In this document: positions 57,918-64,000 of the stretch, in pieces
Layout of the letters: every line of letters starts with the position of its first letter
How positions within the stretch are numbered: the first letter of the stretch is position 1
NCBI GenBank assembly: GCA_965249275.1
Contig: CBDFLQ010000007.1
Location: 224,001 to 288,000 of the forward strand
DNA from: Dehalococcoidia bacterium
GTDB taxonomy: Bacteria; Chloroflexota; Dehalococcoidia; Plut-88900
DNA length: 64,000 nucleotides
Direction: 5' to 3'
Translations under genes and position numbers: made by a program
The notes under the pieces: model-generated
Databases searched by the model: none
What the model was told of the DNA's origin: nothing
Seen by the model: the letters and a program-made list of their open reading frames with translations, nothing else

Positions 57918-58727
57918 ATGATGAAAAACGGCACATCTCTTGCAATCAACGCGCATGCCCTCTCATACGAGGTAGACGCAAAAGCCCTGCTGTCCAACGT
58001 GGACTTGCACGCCAGGCGTGGTCAATTCGTTGGGCTTATAGGCCCAAACGGGGCGGGCAAGACCACCCTTCTCAGGGCCTTGGCAGGAATACTCCGCTAT
58101 CGGGAAGGCGCCGTTCTGTTGGAGGGCGCCGACTTGAAGGATGCCACGCCCAGGGAAATTGCAAAGACCCTCGGCCTCGTCCCCCAGATTGCTCCTTACA
58201 CCCACGGTTTCACTGCTCTCGAGCTGGTGGTCATGGGACGGTACCCCCACATAGGACGATTTCAGATCGAGGGTAAGGAAGACGGTCAAATCGCCAGGAA
58301 CGCGATGAAGTTAACCGAGACAGAGCAGTTCGCCGACCGGACCCTAGATACCCTTTCCGGCGGAGAGCGTCAACGGGTCTTCGTCGCTCGGGCCCTGGCA
58401 CAGCAACCCCGCATCCTTTTGCTCGACGAACCGACGTCCAACCTCGATGTCCTTCATCAGCTCAAGGTGCTCGGCCTCGTGAGGCGGCTCGTTGACGACG
58501 GCCTGACGGCAGTCGCCGCCATCCACGACCTCCACATGGCTGCACGTTATTGCGATCAGCTCGTACTGATGAAAGATGGCCGGGTCCTCGCCCAGGGCTC
58601 CCCCGAGGAAGTCCTGACTCCCGAGATAATCGAATCTGCCTTTGGTGTGAAAGCTTCCGTGTACCGAGACCCGATAACAGACTCTCTTACCATGACCTTG
58701 ATCGGCCCAGCGGACGAGCGTCCATAA
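57918..58727 (+). CDS. btuD: Cobalamin/iron-chelate ABC transporter ATPase
   Basis: GPNGAGKTT, LSGGERQR, LLDEPT, HDL. Confidence 0.9.
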   Translation: MMKNGTSLAINAHALSYEVDAKALLSNVDLHARRGQFVGLIGPNGAGKTTLLRALAGILRYREGAVLLEGADLKDATPREIAKTLGLVPQIAPYTHGFTALELVVMGRYPHIGRFQIEGKEDGQIARNAMKLTETEQFADRTLDTLSGGERQRVFVARALAQQPRILLLDEPTSNLDVLHQLKVLGLVRRLVDDGLTAVAAIHDLHMAARYCDQLVLMKDGRVLAQGSPEEVLTPEIIESAFGVKASVYRDPITDSLTMTLIGPADERP

Positions 58728-58889
58728 GTTGGGATAGCGGTTAAGCTCGACGTAGTACCGCCCACCGAGCTAGGCCGCATCTACGCCGACGAACTTGGCC
58801 GTGCCAACCAACTCGTCGCGGCCGAGGCTGACGAAGTCTTCTTCATGGCCGCTGGGCTGTCGCTTACTCTAAAGAGCCCAAATCAATAG
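58728..58889 (+). pseudogene. cobU: C-terminal remnant of adenosylcobinamide kinase/guanylyltransferase
   Basis: Manual translation VG...VVPPTELGRIYADELGRANQLVAAEADEVFFMAAGLSLTLK matches the CobU/CobP C-terminus; N-terminal two thirds are missing. Confidence 0.75.
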
Positions 58890-58959
58890 GGCAGTACAGG
58901 TGTCCGGCAGGCTTTCAATATTAGCGAAGTCCGATGGCGCCGAAGACGAGTTGGTAGAG

Positions 58960-59409
58960 TCAGCTGCCCGTGCCTGTCATCATCGCTGTGAAACGTCTCT
59001 GCATCTCTTCCGGCGTTACCTCTTCGAGAAAATGCCCGACATTCCAGCGATGCCCGGAAGGGTCTCGAAACCAGCCCGACCGCTCGCCGTAGAACTGGTC
59101 CTCCGGTTCGCTCTCGATCTCGGTCACCGCCTCGACCGCTCGACGAAACACCGCGTCGGCATCATCGACTTGCAGGTGCATCGTGACTGAGGTGCCACCC
59201 AACGTCAGCGGTCCTACAATGCCGTATTCAGGGAACTCTTCGGCCAGCATGAGCGTCGTTCCACCGAAATCGAGCACGGCGTGCCCAATGCGCCCATTGG
59301 GATCCGTCAGTCGAAACTTCTCAGTCGCCCCGAATACCGACTTATAGAACTCAATCGCCCTGGCGGCATCATTGACCTGCAGATATGCGAGCAGGTGATG
59401 GATCTTCAT
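58960..59409 (-). CDS. VOC/glyoxalase (PhnB-like) protein
   Basis: AIEFYKSVFGA, GRIGHA, DQFYGER, DPSGHRW. Confidence 0.9.
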   Translation of the reverse strand: MKIHHLLAYLQVNDAARAIEFYKSVFGATEKFRLTDPNGRIGHAVLDFGGTTLMLAEEFPEYGIVGPLTLGGTSVTMHLQVDDADAVFRRAVEAVTEIESEPEDQFYGERSGWFRDPSGHRWNVGHFLEEVTPEEMQRRFTAMMTGTGS

Positions 59410-59502
59410 TCAGCAGCACACTACTTTCTACGGGGAGTTGATCTTGCGGTCGCCATCGCGGCATCCAAAGACCACTAGAAGTTCTTGATTATGTGAAGGA
59501 GT

Positions 59503-59577
59503 TGGTGGGCCCGCCTGGATTCGAACCAGGGACCAATCGGTTATGAGCCGACCGCTCTGCCGCTGAGCTACGAGCCC
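59503..59577 (-). tRNA. tRNA with CAT anticodon, probably tRNA-Ile2 (lysidine-modified)
   Basis: GGGCTCG acceptor stem, anticodon arm GTCGG-CTCATAA-CCGAT, GGTTCGAATCC T-loop, encoded ACCA; lacks initiator features. Confidence 0.9.
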
Positions 59578-59681
59578 CGGGAACTCAATTCTATCCCACC
59601 CCTCCCCACCCCGCAACACGGCTTTGCCGTGATATCCTCCCCTCCCACACCCTATCTAAACCCCTGAGAAACTATACCCAC

Positions 59682-60425
59682 ATGCACACTCAAACTGTCG
59701 AATTTACATCCGAAAGCCAGACCGTACGCGGCGACCTCATCGTCCCCGCTCCCGGGTCTCCCTGCATCCTCATGTCACATGGCTTCGAGGCCAGCAAGGA
59801 CGGCACCAAGTGGTCGTTCCTGACCCCGAGGCTCGTTGATCGCAGTTATACCGTGCTCAAATTCAACTATCGGGGCTGCGGTTACGGCTCGGAAGCCAGC
59901 GACGGCCTCTTCGAGGACACTACCCTATCAGCCCGCATCGCCGACTACCGCGCCGCCCTCGACTTCCTCCAGGCCGCCGATGTCGACCCGAACCGAATCG
60001 CCGTCATTGGCTCAAGCTTCGGTGGTGAAATTCCCGTCGCCGCCCAAGACCCTCGGGTCAAAGCCTACGTCCTTCTCGCCACCCCCTCCCGACCCCAAAC
60101 ACCCACCGAAGAACAGCTCGCCGAGTGCCAGGCCACCGGTTATTTCTCTCTCCCCTCGGGAAAGAGGCTCACACAAGCGTATTTCGAGGATGGGGAACGA
60201 TACGACCTGTGCAGTGCCGCCGCTCAACTGGACCGACCTACCTTGATCATCCACGGCGGTCTCGATGACGACGTCCCGGTTGAGCAGGCTAGGGAACTCT
60301 ACGCCCACGCCCGAGAACCCAAGAGGCTCGAAATCTTCGAAGGCGCCGAGCACGCCCTGCGCAGGACGGAGGACATGCAACGCATCCTCGAACTGAGCCT
60401 CGGCTGGCTAGGAACTTACCTGTAG
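59682..60425 (+). CDS. Alpha/beta hydrolase
   Basis: SHGF, GSSFGG nucleophile elbow, HGGLD, GAEH. Confidence 0.88.
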   Translation: MHTQTVEFTSESQTVRGDLIVPAPGSPCILMSHGFEASKDGTKWSFLTPRLVDRSYTVLKFNYRGCGYGSEASDGLFEDTTLSARIADYRAALDFLQAADVDPNRIAVIGSSFGGEIPVAAQDPRVKAYVLLATPSRPQTPTEEQLAECQATGYFSLPSGKRLTQAYFEDGERYDLCSAAAQLDRPTLIIHGGLDDDVPVEQARELYAHAREPKRLEIFEGAEHALRRTEDMQRILELSLGWLGTYL

Positions 60426-60439
60426 AAGACTAAGCAGCT

Positions 60440-61582
60440 CTAGTTCATCTTGTAGAGGTCCAGCGCGTTCTCACCCATCACCTTGCGCTGGTCCTCTTCC
60501 GGCAACTTGGAAAGCGTTTCCCTGAGCGTCTTCACCGGCCCGGTCCACGAGTCCGAGTGCGGATAGTCGTAAGCCCACAGCACCCTGTCGGCCCCTAGGA
60601 GTTCTGCCGTAAGCGCTCCATATTCGTCTTCCGGCTCCATGGAGATCCAACCTCGGGTCTTGAAATAGGTGCTCGGCTCCTCTTTCGACTCCATCGAGAA
60701 TCCGATGACCTCGAACTTCTCATCCATCCTGTCCAAGATGTAGGGCATCCACAAAGTCCCCGACTCCAGCACTACCAACCGGAACGTCGGGAACCGGTCG
60801 AAAACGCCGCCCTGGAAGAAGCTCATGAAACTGAGCTGAATATCCTGTGAAGTGCTGAAGATCCACCAGGAAGGCTTGTCAATCTCGGGGTGCAGGAGAC
60901 TGCCGGTCGGAGTTCCGCCTGCGCTCACATGCAACGCGGGCGGGAGGTCTTGCTCCTGGAATTCCGCCCACAACGGGTCCCAATACCGTGACCCGTAAGA
61001 CCTGTCGTGGGGGGGCGTAGCCGGGCACATGACCGCTCTCGGCCCGACCCCCGCAGTCCTTTTCAATTCCTTCACGGCTTCATTCACGTCCGTCCACGGG
61101 AGCGTGATGGCTGGATAAAGCCGGTCGGGATGTGCACTGCAAAAGTCGACCAGCCAATCGTTATATACGCGGCAATAGGCAGCAGCAAGCGCGGGGTCCT
61201 TGGTTCCCCCTGCCCAACTCAACCCCAGGGATGGATATAGAATGCTTTTGTCGATCCCTTCCATGTCCATCAATTCGACCCGGGCATCGGGATTACAGGC
61301 CCCGGGATTCATCTCGCGGCCCTGCTCCCAGGTAACCGACGGGTTTTCGAAAATATTCTTCTGGCGCCACTCGCGAGTCCTACTAACGGTGGCCATGTTG
61401 GCGCTGGTGCCCTTGCTGAGGAATCTGTCGCCTTTGCCTTCGGAGAACCACTGCTCCAGCCCGTCCTCCCCGACTCCCATGTGCATCGCCATGTCCCGGT
61501 ATTCCGGCTCGATATTCCTAGTCCAAAGGTCTGACGGCTCCAGGATGTGACCATCGACATCTATAACGAGTGACTTCTTCAC
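60440..61582 (-). CDS. Amidohydrolase_2 family protein
   Basis: DVDGHILEP, LYPS, YNDW, LH, LESG, DYPHSD. Confidence 0.9.
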   Translation of the reverse strand: MKKSLVIDVDGHILEPSDLWTRNIEPEYRDMAMHMGVGEDGLEQWFSEGKGDRFLSKGTSANMATVSRTREWRQKNIFENPSVTWEQGREMNPGACNPDARVELMDMEGIDKSILYPSLGLSWAGGTKDPALAAAYCRVYNDWLVDFCSAHPDRLYPAITLPWTDVNEAVKELKRTAGVGPRAVMCPATPPHDRSYGSRYWDPLWAEFQEQDLPPALHVSAGGTPTGSLLHPEIDKPSWWIFSTSQDIQLSFMSFFQGGVFDRFPTFRLVVLESGTLWMPYILDRMDEKFEVIGFSMESKEEPSTYFKTRGWISMEPEDEYGALTAELLGADRVLWAYDYPHSDSWTGPVKTLRETLSKLPEEDQRKVMGENALDLYKMN

Positions 61583-61665
61583 GCCTTCTTACCTCCTGGC
61601 TCAATACCGGCTATTGGTGCCCCTATTATATAGTCCCCGCTCGTCTCTTTCCTACGACTACGTCT

Positions 61666-62808
61666 CTATTGCAACCTATATAGCTCAACCGCATTGTTCC
61701 CCGCCACGAGACAGCGTTCTTCCGGCGATAGACCTTCCAGCAGCTTCGTAAGGTGCTTTATAGGTTCCGTCGCCGAATCGGAATGCGGATAGTCGTACGC
61801 CCACAATACCCTATCCGCTCCCAGTTTCTCAATTGCAAACGGCCCGAATTCGTCGTTCGGCTCCAGCGATATCCAGCACTGAGTCTTAAAGTACTCGCTC
61901 GGCCGCATCACCGACCCCGCCGTAAAGCCAATCACCGCCTGCATCTCATCCATTCTGTCGAGAATCCAAGGCATCCACGCGCACCCCGCCTCCAGTACCA
62001 CCAGCCGAAGCTCCGGGAACCGGTCGAACACGCCGCCTTGGAAGAAGCTAACGAAACCCAGGATCGTGTCCAGGGACCCGGTGACGAAGTCCCACCAGCT
62101 CGGCTGAGTGAACTCCGGATACAGGATGCTGCCCACAGTCGTTCCCGCATTGCCCACGTGGAGCGATACGGGTACGCCTTGATAAACAAACTCCGCCCAC
62201 ACCGGGTCCCATCGGGGGCGCCCGTAGGACATGTCTCCCGGCGGCGTGTTCGGCGCCTTCACCGCCCTGGCCCCGAAACCCGACGTACGCTTCAACTCCT
62301 GCACGGTAAGTTGCACGTCCCCCCAGGGCAGCGTGACGGCAGGAAACAGTCGGCCCGGGACATGGGAGCAAAAATCCCGGATCCACTTGTTGTAGGCACG
62401 GCAGTGCGCCGCACTCAACTCGGTATCCTCAATCCTCGGTAGGGTGAGCCCTATTGAGGGATAGAGGATACTTATGTCAATTCCCTCCTCGTCCATCATC
62501 CCCGCGCGGCGGTCCGGTTGCCATGCCGGAGGATTCATCTCCAGACCTTCAGCCCAACCAACGCGATGGTTGTCGAAGATGTTTTCCTTCCGCCATTCCA
62601 AGCTTTTGCCAATGGAGGCTGCATCAGCCGCCGTCCCACCGGAGAAGAAGGCGATGGGCTGCCGATCGACACTCCAGCACTCCAACCCAGCCCGGTCCTC
62701 CTCCACGCGCATGGCCCGATCCCGGAACGCGGGTTCGATGTATTCCAGCCACAGGTCGGCAGGCTCAAGAATGTGCCCGTCCACGTCCACGAAGCGCATT
62801 CCGGTCAC
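61666..62808 (-). CDS. Amidohydrolase_2 family protein (paralog of the adjacent gene)
   Basis: DVDGHILEP, LYPS, FFQGGVFDRFP, LWAYDYPHSD. Confidence 0.9.
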   Translation of the reverse strand: MTGMRFVDVDGHILEPADLWLEYIEPAFRDRAMRVEEDRAGLECWSVDRQPIAFFSGGTAADAASIGKSLEWRKENIFDNHRVGWAEGLEMNPPAWQPDRRAGMMDEEGIDISILYPSIGLTLPRIEDTELSAAHCRAYNKWIRDFCSHVPGRLFPAVTLPWGDVQLTVQELKRTSGFGARAVKAPNTPPGDMSYGRPRWDPVWAEFVYQGVPVSLHVGNAGTTVGSILYPEFTQPSWWDFVTGSLDTILGFVSFFQGGVFDRFPELRLVVLEAGCAWMPWILDRMDEMQAVIGFTAGSVMRPSEYFKTQCWISLEPNDEFGPFAIEKLGADRVLWAYDYPHSDSATEPIKHLTKLLEGLSPEERCLVAGNNAVELYRLQ

Positions 62809-62865
62809 TATTGCCCTCTAGCTATCACTCTAACTCTACGACCGACAACCCTATGCGACCACAAA

Positions 62866-64000
62866 CTAGGTGTCGAAAATCGATATGTAAGGTTCGTAGA
62901 AGAACACCCGGTTGCGTCTGCGTCCCGTGACATCACTAAGAATCCCGATGTCAACTAGACGAGACACCAAATCGTTGGCCGATGGATAACTAACCCCCAG
63001 GGTCTTCTGGACATCTTTGACCATTATGTACGGCTGGCGAAACAAGTCCCCTAACAAGCGATGCCCGTTGCCCGCCAATCGTCCCATCCGATTGCTTATC
63101 ATCGAGCGGTGTTCATCTGCTAGTGATACGATCCTCCTCACAGTAGCAGTTGCCTCTACACTAACCTCTGCAATGCCTTGCAGGAAAAAGGCCAGCCAGC
63201 TCTCCCAGTCGCCTTTGTCTCTGACACCCTGTAGCAAAGCGTAGTATTGGGAGCGATGCACTTTGAAGAAGTAGGAGAGATACAGCACCGGTTTCAACAG
63301 TATCTCACGCTCGCATAGAAGAAAGGTGATGAGTAGCCTTCCTATGCGGCCGTTACCGTCCAGGAACGGGTGGATCGTTTCGAAATGGGCATGGATCAGA
63401 CCGAGTCGGATCAGGAAAGGGAGACCGTTCTGATGGTGCAGAAACTGCTCCCACTCCCCTAGCAGGCTTAGGACTTGAGCGGGGGGTGGAGGGACGAACT
63501 CGGTGGTGCTAATAGTAGAATTTTGCGAACCTATCCAATTCTGTTCCGTGCGCAATTCACCAGGCGTCAATTTTGAGCCGCGCACCCCGGCGAGTAGCCT
63601 CTGGTGTATCTCCCTTACTAACCTGATTGAAACTGGGAGCTCGGAAAGCCGCTCAAGCCCGTATTTCATGGCTTGGATATAGTTTATGACTTCGAAGGCA
63701 TCGTCCGGTCTATGGGGCGATGCTATTCGAGCCTCAGCGGAGAGGACATCCTGTAATGAGCTTTGTGTTCCCTCGATTTGGCTGGAAAGAACAGCCTCCT
63801 TGCGTACATACATGAACACAAACAGGTCCGCGGCCGGCAAGGACTGAATAGAGCCATCCAGCCTGCCTAGTGCGAGATCCGCATCAGACAAACGCTGCTG
63901 CAGCACGCCCGATATGTCAAGTGGTGGATCCGGGGGCAGAGGGGCAGGTATGAAGGCGGAGTATCCGGTGGGCTGAAGCTGATAATATCCTGCCCTTTGT
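62866..64000 (-). CDS. Fic family protein (5' end beyond the window)
   Basis: HPFLDGNGRIGR Fic motif, SSQIEG motif, C-terminal wHTH; frame stays open to the window edge (RAGYYQLQPTGYSAFIPAPLPP). Confidence 0.92.
   Translation of the reverse strand, partial: QRAGYYQLQPTGYSAFIPAPLPPDPPLDISGVLQQRLSDADLALGRLDGSIQSLPAADLFVFMYVRKEAVLSSQIEGTQSSLQDVLSAEARIASPHRPDDAFEVINYIQAMKYGLERLSELPVSIRLVREIHQRLLAGVRGSKLTPGELRTEQNWIGSQNSTISTTEFVPPPPAQVLSLLGEWEQFLHHQNGLPFLIRLGLIHAHFETIHPFLDGNGRIGRLLITFLLCEREILLKPVLYLSYFFKVHRSQYYALLQGVRDKGDWESWLAFFLQGIAEVSVEATATVRRIVSLADEHRSMISNRMGRLAGNGHRLLGDLFRQPYIMVKDVQKTLGVSYPSANDLVSRLVDIGILSDVTGRRRNRVFFYEPYISIFDT

Noticed and set aside
59410-59503. Genomic island integrated at the tRNA 3' end
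   Set aside because: No integrase and no duplicated tRNA 3' fragment found in the window
254-63244. Many long antisense or alternative-frame ORFs in the track (e.g. 254-1213, 24051-24956, 34866-36110, 43690-44670)
   Set aside because: They overlap well-supported genes, lack motifs and are expected shadows of high-GC codon bias

Overview
High-GC bacterial chromosome segment, most consistent with Chloroflexota/Dehalococcoidia (SAR202-like). This assignment is inferred from gene content: several luciferase-like monooxygenases, CaiB CoA-transferases, SDRs and amidohydrolases. Housekeeping blocks (dapF'-miaA-tpiA-apgM-pgk-tsaC; guaA-purDEBC-purS; hisG-hisDCB; recQ; tRNA-Ile2) alternate with catabolic accessory genes, a cobalamin-riboswitch-controlled btuCFD operon, an IS481 transposase interrupted at its 3' end by an intact IS5, and many REP-like palindromes. 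The main unexplained feature is a ~640-670 bp non-coding element in three diverged copies (11821-12490 +, 23125-23766 -, 26573-27240 +). Each copy has a sigma70-type promoter overlapping an SOS-box-like motif, a Shine-Dalgarno-like motif with no start codon, and many hairpins with compensatory changes. A conserved 14-16 bp long-range stem closes a ~330-370 nt domain. This is a candidate undescribed large structured ncRNA or non-autonomous element. Also notable: a compact cluster of an HO-like diiron oxidase/enolase fusion, a GH3 amide synthetase and a YUCCA-like FMO; a sharp GC-skew flip at ~11.6 kb; and an active/inactive SDR pair.
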